From contig JAETTR010000001.1 in assembly GCA_021768985.1 (NCBI GenBank), forward strand, positions 1 to 45,548: 45,548 nucleotides of DNA, in the 5' to 3' direction. A program made the translations under genes and the position numbers. This DNA comes from Bacillota bacterium. Its GTDB lineage: Bacteria; Bacillota; Clostridia; Christensenellales; Borkfalkiaceae. The notes under the pieces are model-generated. The model did no database searches. It had not been told where the DNA came from and was given only the letters and a program-made list of their open reading frames with translations. Numbering within the stretch: position 1 is the first letter of the stretch; each line of letters starts with the position of its first letter. This document shows positions 23,859 through 32,139 of the stretch, one piece after another.

Positions 23859-23954
23859 TCTGTCGTATATCCACAGCTCTTTTTTTCCCTGTTTTAACAG
23901 CAAAATGCTGTATATAGCATATTATACAACAAATTGCTGTAAAATGTCAATATC

Positions 23955-24164
23955 ATGATGAAACTTTTTTCCGCAAGATTGCGGGAATTGCGAATGGCGG
24001 CGGGCGTCACGCAACAGCAACTTGCCGAATACCTGAATATCCGACAACAATCGTACGCGCGTTATGAAACGGGCGCGGGCGAACCGAATCTGGAAACGCT
24101 CGTCCGCCTTGCAAAGTACTTCGGCGTGAGCTGCGATTATCTGCTCGGCGTGACGGAATTTTAA
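23955..24164 (+). CDS. XRE-family (Cro/CI-type HTH) transcriptional regulator, 69 aa
   Basis: LRELRMAAGVTQQQLAEYLNIRQQSYARYETGAGEPNLETLVRLAKYFGVSCDYLLG. No Shine-Dalgarno is visible upstream. Confidence 0.85.
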   Translation: MMKLFSARLRELRMAAGVTQQQLAEYLNIRQQSYARYETGAGEPNLETLVRLAKYFGVSCDYLLGVTEF

Positions 24165-24166
24165 CG

Positions 24167-24202
24167 AAAAGCGCCCGCTCGGAACCCCGAGCGGGCGCTT
24201 TT
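24167..24202. terminator. bidirectional terminator between the XRE gene and spoIIR
   Basis: 16-bp stem AAAAGCGCCCGCTCGG / CCGAGCGGGCGCTTTT with a 4-nt loop. Confidence 0.8.
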
Positions 24203-24214
24203 CGCATCTTTCCG

Positions 24215-24748
24215 TTATTTTTTGTAAAATTTACGGATAATCTCCGCGATTTTACTCTGATAAATCACGTTGGCGTTTCCGCCCGTGAAGCAGAGGGGCG
24301 GATATACCACGCACCACCAGTTATCGCCCTCGCCCGTGCCGAGCTCCAGAATCAGCGCGTCGTACACGCCCGCTTCGAGCGTGACGCCGTCGTAAACGCG
24401 GGTGGGAAATTTTTCCTGCCGCAGACTCGCCCGCGCGCCGTACGTATATCCGTTCGCGCGCAGTTCCTTGTCCGCCGTCGCCGCGATTTCGGAAAGCTTT
24501 CCGCCGATCTTTGCAAGCGCTTCCTCCTTCGTCCCGCAGCCCGCAACGGTGGGCGTCAAAAATTCCACGACCTTATCCCGCACGCGGTACTTAACCGCCT
24601 GATCGCATTCGGAATTGGAATTCGCGCGGATATGCACCCGCAGATAGGAAGCGTTCTCTCCCGTCTCCTTTTCTCCGTTTCCCGCAAACAACAAACAGAT
24701 CCCCGCGATCGCCGCAATCAGCAACGCGATTACCGCCGCTTTCTTCAT
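24215..24748 (-). CDS. spoIIR: stage II sporulation protein R (SpoIIR)
   Basis: Signal/anchor MKKAAVIALLIAAIAG. Conserved YLRVHIRANSNS...NWWCVVYPPLCF. The ATG at 24748 follows GGGAGGTG. Confidence 0.85.
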   Translation of the reverse strand: MKKAAVIALLIAAIAGICLLFAGNGEKETGENASYLRVHIRANSNSECDQAVKYRVRDKVVEFLTPTVAGCGTKEEALAKIGGKLSEIAATADKELRANGYTYGARASLRQEKFPTRVYDGVTLEAGVYDALILELGTGEGDNWWCVVYPPLCFTGGNANVIYQSKIAEIIRKFYKK

Positions 24749-24829
24749 CTTGCACCTCCCTTTCGTTCGCAACTGTTATTGACCTGTGATTGGATTTTTA
24801 TACCCGTCACAAAAAATTTTTTTCAGGAC

Positions 24830-24858
24830 TTGCAAAACGCAGTTCTCCGTGATATACT
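24830..24858 (+). promoter_or_regulatory. sigma-A type promoter for the zinc-ribbon membrane protein gene
   Basis: TTGCAA (24830..24835), a 17-nt spacer, then TATACT (24853..24858). GAGAGGTG lies before the ATG. Confidence 0.5.
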
Positions 24859-24880
24859 TGAAACAGAGAGGTGAAAAAAT

Positions 24881-26308
24881 ATGCTTTGTAAATTTTGCGA
24901 TACGGAAAATCCGGACGACGCAAGCTTTTGTAAGCAATGCGGAAAGCGAATCGACGGAAAGCGCGCGTGCCCCAACTGCGGGAGCATGAACGCCGACGAC
25001 GCGGTATTCTGCAACGCCTGCGGAATCCGGCTCGACGGTAAGATCACCTGCCCGAACTGCGGCACGATTACCGAGGGCTCCTTTTGCCCCGCCTGCGGCG
25101 CGCGTCTGAAAGCGGGAGCCGCCGAACCGACGAACCGCGCCAAGCCCCGCAGCTACGCCGCTCCGCGCGAATCGAAGAAATACGTAGAGCTCGCCGCGGG
25201 AATCTGCGCCATGGTCGCCGTGTTCTGCGCGTTGCTGTTTACCTTTTTTATCGGCGTCACAGCCGATGTGGGTTCTCTCGGCAATATCTCGGGCGAATCG
25301 ATCTCCCTTACGGTAGAAGGCGCGAATTTATGGTACTTCTTCGGCAAAGGCTACGCCGATACCGCCGCAATGCTCGAATCGATGGACGCTTACAGCGGTT
25401 CGCTGATGGTGGCGCAATATCTGCCCCTCGCGCTCGGCACGCTGTTTTCCTGCGCTACCCTCGTTACCGTAATCACGTTCTCCGTGCTTGCCGCGGTGCG
25501 CTTCGGCAAAAAGACGGCGGGCAAGTCGGACAAAGATTATTTCGGATTCGCCGTCGTGGCGGTCGTCTGCTTCCTGCTCGGCGCAAACCTGATCAAGCTC
25601 TTGTATTACTTCTCCGTGACGGTAAGGCTCGAATACGCCTTCTCCCCCTCTGTAACAGGAAGCATGAGCGTAAACGGGGCGACGACCTCGGGCATCGTGT
25701 TAAGCGTGCTCTGTCTTGGCGCCGCGCTCGTATGCAGACTTGCCGCCTGCGGAAGAGAACTGTTACAAAAAGAACGGCTCGCGCAAGCGATTTTCGCGGC
25801 GATCGCCGTCGTACTCGGCGGAATTCTGCTCGGGATCGCCGCGGGCGGCGCGGTGACCGTCTCCGCAGTCGAAGATTCGACGAAAATTTCTGTTACGGCG
25901 ACCTTTACGATTTTGATGCAAATCGTAACGGGCTACCAGCTTGAAACGGAAGCGGTATCCGAACTCGTCGTCATGATCCTCGGGCAGGCGGCGCAATGCG
26001 CTCTGCTGACGATCGCGGGCGTGATCCTGCTCACCGGTATGCGCAAACTCGCAGACGGAAAACAGGGCGCGCAGCTTGCGCTTTCGATCGCCGCGTTCGC
26101 TCTCGCGATCGCCTTCCTCGTATTGAGCATTCTTTCGAAAAATATGCTCGCAGGATTTCTGAATGAAATCAGCAGTTCTTCCGAAGACGTGTTCGGCGGC
26201 GCTTCGTGGAGCTTCTCCTCGCCCATCGCCTGCGTCGTGTTCGGCGCGCTCAACCTCGGTCGTGCGATTGCGCAAACGGCGGTCTCCCGCTTACGGAACC
26301 ACGCGTAA
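24881..26308 (+). CDS. polytopic membrane protein with three N-terminal zinc-ribbon motifs, function unknown
   Basis: CKFCDTENPDDASFCKQCG, CPNCGSMNADDAVFCNACG and CPNCGTITEGSFCPACG, followed by about 8-9 hydrophobic segments. Confidence 0.7.
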   Translation: MLCKFCDTENPDDASFCKQCGKRIDGKRACPNCGSMNADDAVFCNACGIRLDGKITCPNCGTITEGSFCPACGARLKAGAAEPTNRAKPRSYAAPRESKKYVELAAGICAMVAVFCALLFTFFIGVTADVGSLGNISGESISLTVEGANLWYFFGKGYADTAAMLESMDAYSGSLMVAQYLPLALGTLFSCATLVTVITFSVLAAVRFGKKTAGKSDKDYFGFAVVAVVCFLLGANLIKLLYYFSVTVRLEYAFSPSVTGSMSVNGATTSGIVLSVLCLGAALVCRLAACGRELLQKERLAQAIFAAIAVVLGGILLGIAAGGAVTVSAVEDSTKISVTATFTILMQIVTGYQLETEAVSELVVMILGQAAQCALLTIAGVILLTGMRKLADGKQGAQLALSIAAFALAIAFLVLSILSKNMLAGFLNEISSSSEDVFGGASWSFSSPIACVVFGALNLGRAIAQTAVSRLRNHA

Positions 26309-26332
26309 CATAAAAAGCAATCCGTAAAATTA

Positions 26333-26363
26333 ACGCCCCCGACGCAATTCGCATCGGGGGCGT
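26333..26363. terminator. hairpin terminator between convergent genes
   Basis: ACGCCCCCGA / TCGGGGGCGT stem with an 11-nt loop. T-rich flanks are modest on both strands. Confidence 0.55.
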
Positions 26364-26379
26364 ATCATTATTTTGAAAC

Positions 26380-26916
26380 TTATTTCCTTTGAAAACACGT
26401 CTTATAGCGGTGCGCAAACACGCGCATAAAGAGCGCGGTCAGCTCCTCGGCGGAGCCCTCTTTCATGCCGCTCTTGCTCACGGCGAAAATCGTGCTCTTG
26501 TTCAGAAACAACAGCCACATATCGGAAAATTCTCTGCATTCGGTAAACGCCGCATAATTGCCCTGCGTGCGGCTTTCGGTGCCGTCGTTCAACACGGCGA
26601 CCTGCTCGTAGCCGTCCTCCGCAAAGGCGTAACGCTGAACGGATTCCTTGCCCTGCATACTCTTTTTCAGCGCAAGCCGCATGAACGGTTGATACACCGC
26701 CCCGAGGATCGCGAAAAACACGCCGAGCGAAAGCAAAAGAATCGCGAAAAAGTAGTCCGCTTCCTTCCCGCGGGGAATTTCGAGTCCGAGCACGACTCCG
26801 CCGCAAATCAGAATAACCGCCGCGCACCCGAACAGCAACAAACGGAGCTTCCCCGCAAGCCGCATACTTACGCGGGTGTTGAATTCAAGATCGATTTTCG
26901 TTTCGTTCGTGATCAT
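26380..26916 (-). CDS. YcxB-like membrane protein (two TM segments plus bPH-like domain)
   Basis: 178 aa. Hydrophobic hairpin LLLFGCAAVILICGGVVLGLE...FFAILLLSLGVFFAILGAV, then a soluble C-terminal region. The ATG at 26916 follows GGGAGGGG. Confidence 0.55.
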   Translation of the reverse strand: MITNETKIDLEFNTRVSMRLAGKLRLLLFGCAAVILICGGVVLGLEIPRGKEADYFFAILLLSLGVFFAILGAVYQPFMRLALKKSMQGKESVQRYAFAEDGYEQVAVLNDGTESRTQGNYAAFTECREFSDMWLLFLNKSTIFAVSKSGMKEGSAEELTALFMRVFAHRYKTCFQRK

Positions 26917-26979
26917 ACGTTCCCCTCCCGATACAAGTATCTTACATGATTTTTCAGCGTTTGTCAACGGATTTACTTT

Positions 26980-28059
26980 TTAAATACGGGCGCTCGTAAT
27001 CACGCCGCCGCCCAGACATTGCACGTCGTCGTAGAGCACCGCGTACTGACCTTCGGTCACGGCGCGTTGCGGCTCGTCGAAAACGATCTCCAAAGAAGTC
27101 TTTCCCGTCCTCTTTACCCGCACGCCCTGTTCGCCCTGCCGATAACGGAATTTCGCCTTGCAGACGAATTCCTTCCGATCGGGCGGGAAGGGAATAAAGT
27201 TCATGCCCTCTACCGTGCAAGCGTTCGAATACAGCGGGCTTTCGTCGCCGTGCGAAACGTAGAGCACGTTGTGCTCCAGATCCTTTTTCACGACGAACCA
27301 TCTGCCCTCTTCGCCCTTTTTGCCGCCCAGATCGAGTCCGCGCCGCTGACCGAGCGTATAGTACATGAGCCCGACGTGTTCGCCCACCTCTTCGCCCGCA
27401 AGCGATAAAATTTTACCCCGCTTGGCGGGAAGATAGGTCTGTAAAAATTTACGGAAATTGCGCTCGCCGATAAAGCAGATTCCCGTAGAATCCTTCTTCT
27501 TCGCCGTGGCAAGCCCGTTCCGTTCGGCGATCGCGCGCACTTCGCTTTTATCGAGCCCCGCAAGCGGGAAGAGCACGCCGCTTAACTGATCCTGCGAAAG
27601 CTGGTTCAAAAAGTAAGTCTGATCCTTGCCCGCGTCCTTCGCCTTCAACAGACGGTGAACGCCGCCCTCGTGGGAAATTCCGCAATAATGCCCCGTGGCG
27701 ATCAGATCGGCGCCCAGCTTCTTCGCGTATTCCTTAAAGGGTCCGAACTTGATTTCGCGGTTGCAGAGCACGTCGGGATTCGGAGTTCTGCCCGCCGCGT
27801 ACTCCGCAAGAAAGTACGAGAACACCCGATCCATATATTCTTTGGCGAAATTGACGGTATAATACGGAATATCGAGCAGACCGCAAACCCGCCGCACGTC
27901 GGCAAAATCCTCTTCCGCCGTACACGCGCCGTTCTCGTCCGACTCCTCCCAATTCTTCATAAAAAGTCCGACGACGCGGTAACCCTGCTCCTTTAACAGA
28001 AGCGCGGCGACCGAACTGTCTACGCCCCCGCTCATGCCCACGACGACCGTCTGTGCCAT
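26980..28059 (-). CDS. mnmA: tRNA-specific 2-thiouridylase MnmA
   Basis: PP-loop [14 protein letters not shown]. Conserved ...[11 protein letters not shown]...[14 protein letters not shown]... Confidence 0.9.
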   Translation of the reverse strand: MAQTVVVGMSGGVDSSVAALLLKEQGYRVVGLFMKNWEESDENGACTAEEDFADVRRVCGLLDIPYYTVNFAKEYMDRVFSYFLAEYAAGRTPNPDVLCNREIKFGPFKEYAKKLGADLIATGHYCGISHEGGVHRLLKAKDAGKDQTYFLNQLSQDQLSGVLFPLAGLDKSEVRAIAERNGLATAKKKDSTGICFIGERNFRKFLQTYLPAKRGKILSLAGEEVGEHVGLMYYTLGQRRGLDLGGKKGEEGRWFVVKKDLEHNVLYVSHGDESPLYSNACTVEGMNFIPFPPDRKEFVCKAKFRYRQGEQGVRVKRTGKTSLEIVFDEPQRAVTEGQYAVLYDDVQCLGGGVITSARI

Positions 28060-28140
28060 TTTTCTTCTCCGCTTTGAAAAATTTTTCTTTATTTTACCAT
28101 AATCGACCGAAAATATAAAGCATTTTTATTCGGAATGTGC

Positions 28141-28146
28141 TATAAT
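28141..28146 (+). promoter_or_regulatory. extended -10 (TGCTATAAT) upstream of tRNA-Arg; -35 not convincing
   Basis: TATAAT at 28141..28146 is preceded by TGC. It lies 50 nt upstream of the tRNA 5-prime end. Confidence 0.35.
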
Positions 28147-28195
28147 GGGAACCGAAGCAGCCCCGAAAGGGGCGAGAATAACAACAGAATCTTTT

Positions 28196-28271
28196 GTGCC
28201 CGTGGTGGAATTGGATACCATTAGAGCCTCCGACGCTCCCGGTCCGGGTTCGAGCCCCGGCGGACACACCA
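28196..28271 (+). tRNA. tRNA-Arg (anticodon CCG), CCA encoded
   Basis: Hand-folded cloverleaf. Acceptor GTGCCCG/CGGACAC has one C-A mismatch. D stem is GTGG/CCAT. Anticodon loop is CTCCGAC with CCG at 28230..28232. T arm is CCGGG-TTCGAGC-CCCGG. Discriminator is A, followed by CCA. Confidence 0.75.
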
Positions 28272-28312
28272 ATAACGGTCTTAACGACTTACGTTAAGAC
28301 CGTTATTTTTTC
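28271..28312 (+). terminator. rho-independent terminator after tRNA-Arg
   Basis: 16-bp stem AATAACGGTCTTAACG / CGTTAAGACCGTTATT with a 5-nt loop, followed by TTTTTT. Confidence 0.8.
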
Positions 28313-28331
28313 ATTCGTTTCAGAATCGCCG

Positions 28332-29215
28332 TCATTGCAAAACCGAGGAAATCAATTCTTGTTCCAGTCTGCTTGCCGCGAAGCTCAACGGTCTGTCCGT
28401 CCGTTTGACAAGACAGATCGTGCGGTTCGGAATCTGCTCGATCAAATCGATTTTGCGGACGTTCTTCTTCCCCTCCAAAAAGAATTCCGGCACAAACCCG
28501 ACGCCGAGATTGTTCTCGATCATGGGCACGATCTGATCCATTGTCGCCACCTCGATATCGGGAGAAAACGCCAAGCCGTACTTGGAAAACTGCTCGGCAT
28601 AATAGTCGTATGTTTTCGTGTGTCCGAATCCCACGATCGGATAGGAAACGAGCTCCTTCAACGAAACTTTGCGGTCGCAAAGCGCGGAAAAAGCGTTGCC
28701 GCAAACGGCGATTTCGCGGAAGGATTTCAGCTCCGTTACGTCCAGCTTTTCCGTCCTGTCGAACGGCGTTACGATAATCGCAAAATCGACGAAGCCGTCG
28801 TTCAACGCGGCGAGCGCCTGCGTGGTCGTATAGTTGCCGACGCGCAATTTGATTTCTCCGTACTGCGCACGGAAATTTTTCAGCACGGGCAACAACAGCC
28901 CGTATAAGGCGGTTTCGCTTGTTCCGACAAAGATCGAGCCGCTTTGCATGTCTTTTTCGAGCATGATCTCCCGCTCCGCCAGACGGATATGCTCGTAGGC
29001 GATCCGGATATGCTGATACAGCTTTTCGCCCTCCGCCGTCAATTCCACCTTCCTCTTCGAACGGTAAACAGCGTGCAGCCAAGTTGCTCTTCGAGCGTTT
29101 TGACCGTTCTCGTAACGTTGGGCTGATTGGCGTAAAGCTTTTCCGCGGCGACCGTAAAGCTCCTGTATTTCGCGACGAAATAAAACACCTTGTAGTATTC
29201 GAAGCTGACGTCCAT
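28332..29215 (-). pseudogene. LysR-family transcriptional regulator interrupted by a 1-nt frameshift
   Basis: The HTH part MDVSFEYYKVFYFVAKYRSFTVAAEKLYANQPNVTRTVKTLEEQLGCTLFT runs from ATG 29215 and hits TGA at 29041..29039. The rest (RSKRKVELTAEGEKL... substrate-binding domain to 28332) continues in another frame. The frames join around the GG run at 29063..29064. Confidence 0.7.
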
Positions 29216-29255
29216 AATATATTCCTATGATATAAATATTATATGATATATATAT

Positions 29256-29284
29256 TTTACATATCGTTTGTAAAACAGTATAAT
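29256..29284 (+). promoter_or_regulatory. sigma-A type promoter for the second MATE gene
   Basis: TTTACA (29256..29261), a 17-nt spacer, then TATAAT (29279..29284). The surrounding spacer is AT-rich and carries two TATGATATA copies. Confidence 0.55.
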
Positions 29285-29325
29285 AGCATACGGCAAAAAA
29301 GTCAAGGGATCGGGAAAGAATCGGT

Positions 29326-30678
29326 ATGGCGAAAGATCTGACCGTGGGAAAACCGTCGAGCGTATTATGGAAGTTTTGTCTGCCGCTGTTCGGAAGCATA
29401 ATTTTTCAGCAGCTGTACAATCTTGCCGACAGCTTCGTCGCGGGGAAATTCGGAGACGAAAACGCGCTTGCGGCTATCGGAAACAGCTATGAAATCACGC
29501 TGATTCTGATCGCGTTTGCGTTCGGCTGCCAGATCGGCGGTTCGGTGATCGTGGCGCGGTTGTTCGGCGCAAAGAAGAACGGGGAAATGAAAACCGCCGT
29601 ATTCACGACGCTCATCGCAAGCGCCGTGTTATGCGTCGTGCTGATGGTTGCGGGGCTGTTGGCGACGAACGCGCTTTTGCGCGTGATCAACACGCCCGCG
29701 GAGGTGATCGACGCCTCGGCGTTGTATTTGCGGATCTATCTCTTCGGCTTACCCTTCGTGTTTCTGTACAACGTCGCGTCCGGTATCTTTGCGGGGTTGG
29801 GAGATTCCCGCACGCCGTTCGTCTTTCTCGCCTGCTCCTCGGTCGCCAACATCGGCATGGATATCGGATTCGCCTTCGCATTCGCCGACGTCGTCTGCGG
29901 CGTGGCGTGGGCGACTTTCATCTGTCAGGGGATCAGCTGCGTGCTTGCGCTGTTATGGCTGATCCTGAAACTGAAAAAAATTCCGTCCGAGGAAAAAGGA
30001 ACGCTCTTTTCCGTTCGGTTGCTGAAAGAGATCGCCTACGTGGCGATTCCGAGCATTTTACAGCAGAGCTTTATTTCCGTCGGGAATATCGTGATTCAGG
30101 GAGTCATCAACACCTTCGGCACGAGCGTGATGGCGGGGTATACCGCGGCGGTGAAGCTAAACAACCTCGTGATCACTTCGCTCACCACCCTCGCGAACGG
30201 TATCTCCAATTTCACCTCGCAAAATCTCGGAGCCGACAAACCGGAGCGCGTGAAGAGCGGATTTCTCGCGGGATTAAAAATGATCTGGATCATTTGCGTT
30301 CCCTTTATTCTCGTTTACTGCTTCGCGGGCGGATACGCGGTTTCCGTGTTTATCAATCACCCCACCGAAACGGCGATCCGAACGGGCAAGACGTTTCTGC
30401 TGATCGTCTCCCCTTTTTATCCGATCGTTTCCGCAAAGCTCGTCGCGGACGGCGTTTTGCGGGGATCGAAAATGATGATCCGGTTTATGATCTCGACGTT
30501 CACCGATCTCGCCCTGCGGGTAGCGCTCGCGATCCTTTTGTCCGCGCCCTTCGGAACGGCGGGCATCTGGAGCGCGTGGCCGATCGGCTGGACGGCGGCG
30601 ACGATCCTCTCTCTGGCGTTTTACCGTACGGGAATCCTGTACAAATCTCCGACCGTCTCCCGCAAAAAGGACGCCTGA
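29326..30678 (+). CDS. MATE-family efflux transporter
   Basis: 450 aa with 12 TM segments. The N-terminus LWKFCLPLFGSIIFQQLYNLADSFVAGKF is typical of MATE. Confidence 0.85.
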   Translation: MAKDLTVGKPSSVLWKFCLPLFGSIIFQQLYNLADSFVAGKFGDENALAAIGNSYEITLILIAFAFGCQIGGSVIVARLFGAKKNGEMKTAVFTTLIASAVLCVVLMVAGLLATNALLRVINTPAEVIDASALYLRIYLFGLPFVFLYNVASGIFAGLGDSRTPFVFLACSSVANIGMDIGFAFAFADVVCGVAWATFICQGISCVLALLWLILKLKKIPSEEKGTLFSVRLLKEIAYVAIPSILQQSFISVGNIVIQGVINTFGTSVMAGYTAAVKLNNLVITSLTTLANGISNFTSQNLGADKPERVKSGFLAGLKMIWIICVPFILVYCFAGGYAVSVFINHPTETAIRTGKTFLLIVSPFYPIVSAKLVADGVLRGSKMMIRFMISTFTDLALRVALAILLSAPFGTAGIWSAWPIGWTAATILSLAFYRTGILYKSPTVSRKKDA

Positions 30679-30686
30679 CGGCAACA

Positions 30687-30724
30687 TGCAAAGACCGCCT
30701 TGCACAAGCAAGGCGGTCTTTGCA
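30687..30724. terminator. 17-bp hairpin between convergent MATE and dinB (no long U-tract)
   Basis: TGCAAAGACCGCCTTGC / GCAAGGCGGTCTTTGCA with a 4-nt loop. Confidence 0.55.
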
Positions 30725-30731
30725 TGCGGAC

Positions 30732-31952
30732 TCACGCTTTCGGCAACGGAGCCTGCCTGCCGTTTTTATGTTCGGGAAGCTTGGTTTCCCCCAGCAATAC
30801 CGCGGGTCGGATCGCGCCATCGCCGAACTTGCCCTTGATCTTATCGAGCGCTTCCTCCACCCGCCGCTGTTTCTCGTCCGTTTCGCCGAACAGCGAGAGC
30901 TGGCGCGGCGCTTCGACGCTTTCCAGATGAATCGCGCTCACCGTCAGCGCGCGGATCTTCCGTTTCCACTGATACCGCTTGCGCAAAATATCCAGACTCG
31001 CCGCCGCCAGAACCGCCGCGCTCTGCGTCGGCGTTTCCAGCTTCTCCTGCCACGATTCAAACGCCAACCCGTTGTCCCGCACGGTGACCTGCACGCCGTT
31101 CGCCTGCAATTTCAACAGCCGGAGCTTCTGCCCGATCTCCTGCGTGAGCGCCACGAGCACCGCCCGCGCCTCTTCGAGATCGGAAAGGTCCGCCACGCAG
31201 GTGACGCCGTGCCCCACCTGCTTCGCCTGCTCCTCCTCGCCGTATCGGGAAACGGGCGTATCGTCCAGACCGTTGGCGTTCTGCCACAGCTTGCCGCCGT
31301 TTTTTCCGAATTGCTTTTCCAGGAATTCCCGCTTGCAATGCGCAAGCTCGCCGATCGTGCGAATCCCGAAGCTCTTCAATTTCTCCGTCGTCGCGCGCCC
31401 GCAGTAAATCAGATCGGAACAGGGCAACCGCCACACCTTTTCGCGGAAGTTCTCCCGCGTGATCTCGGTGACCGCGTCCGGCTTTTTCAGATCGGAACCG
31501 AGCTTGGCGAACACCTTGTTAAAGGAAACCCCCACGCTGACGGTGATGCCGATCTCCCGTTTGACGGTTTCGCGCAGCTCTTCGGCAATTTGCAGGGACG
31601 GTTTGTTACAGCGGGTCACGTCCAGCCAGCACTCGTCCAACCCGTACGGCTCCACGAAATCGGTATACCGCCCGTAAATCTCGTGTAACCGTTTGGAAAA
31701 CTTCGCGTAAATATCGTGATGCGGCGGCACGATCACCAGATCGGGGCAGAGCGCCTTGGCTTGCCGGTTCGTCATGCCCGTCTTGATTCCCGTCCGCTTG
31801 GCGAGCTCCGACTTTGCCAGCACGATGCCGTGCCGATCCTCCGCCGATCCGCACACCGCAACCGCCCTGCCCTTCAATTCGGGATGAAGCACGCACTCCA
31901 CCGAAGCGTAAAACGCGTTCGCGTCGCTGTGCAAAATCTTTCTCTCCGCCAC
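30732..31952 (-). CDS. dinB: Y-family DNA polymerase IV
   Basis: ILHSDANAFYASVE...GIVLAKSELAK..GI.TGM. GTG start at 31952 lies behind GAAGGAGG. Confidence 0.85.
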   Translation of the reverse strand: MAERKILHSDANAFYASVECVLHPELKGRAVAVCGSAEDRHGIVLAKSELAKRTGIKTGMTNRQAKALCPDLVIVPPHHDIYAKFSKRLHEIYGRYTDFVEPYGLDECWLDVTRCNKPSLQIAEELRETVKREIGITVSVGVSFNKVFAKLGSDLKKPDAVTEITRENFREKVWRLPCSDLIYCGRATTEKLKSFGIRTIGELAHCKREFLEKQFGKNGGKLWQNANGLDDTPVSRYGEEEQAKQVGHGVTCVADLSDLEEARAVLVALTQEIGQKLRLLKLQANGVQVTVRDNGLAFESWQEKLETPTQSAAVLAAASLDILRKRYQWKRKIRALTVSAIHLESVEAPRQLSLFGETDEKQRRVEEALDKIKGKFGDGAIRPAVLLGETKLPEHKNGRQAPLPKA

Positions 31953-31972
31953 GACCCCCCTCCTTCTTTTCT

Positions 31973-32002
31973 ATTATACTTCGAACGTTTGTTCCCTGTC
32001 AA
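31973..32002 (-). promoter_or_regulatory. dinB promoter with embedded LexA (Cheo/SOS) box
   Basis: Minus strand reads TTGACA (32002..31997), an 18-nt spacer, then TATAAT (31978..31973). The spacer contains GAACAAACGTTC (31994..31983), matching the Gram-positive GAAC-N4-GTTC SOS box. Confidence 0.7.
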
Positions 32003-32077
32003 GCGTCGGACTGCGAAATTCGTCGGGTTTTGAAAGATAATTTTTTCCATTCCGTGCAACTATTTTTCAATTTAGTC

Positions 32078-32105
32078 TTGATTTTTTCGGAATATCAGGT
32101 ATAAT
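32078..32105 (+). promoter_or_regulatory. sigma-A type promoter for the EF-G-like gene
   Basis: TTGATT (32078..32083), a 16-nt spacer, then TATAAT (32100..32105). Confidence 0.5.
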
Positions 32106-32139
32106 AAAAGAAACGGTTTTAAATTAAGGGAGAAAAATT

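Noticed and set aside
23955-24164. XRE gene as the antitoxin of a TA pair, or a prophage remnant
   Set aside because: There is no adjacent small ORF on either strand. The gene is enclosed by terminators. No integrase or phage genes occur in the window.
24749-24829. Sigma-F type promoter upstream of spoIIR (GTATA ... GGTCAATAA)
   Set aside because: Spacing and the -10 match to GGnRAnAnTW are poor, so it was not reported as a feature.
29631-31688. 685-aa plus-strand ORF
   Set aside because: It runs in an alternative frame of the MATE gene, straight through the 17-bp intergenic hairpin, and then antisense through dinB. It is Arg-rich nonsense composition.
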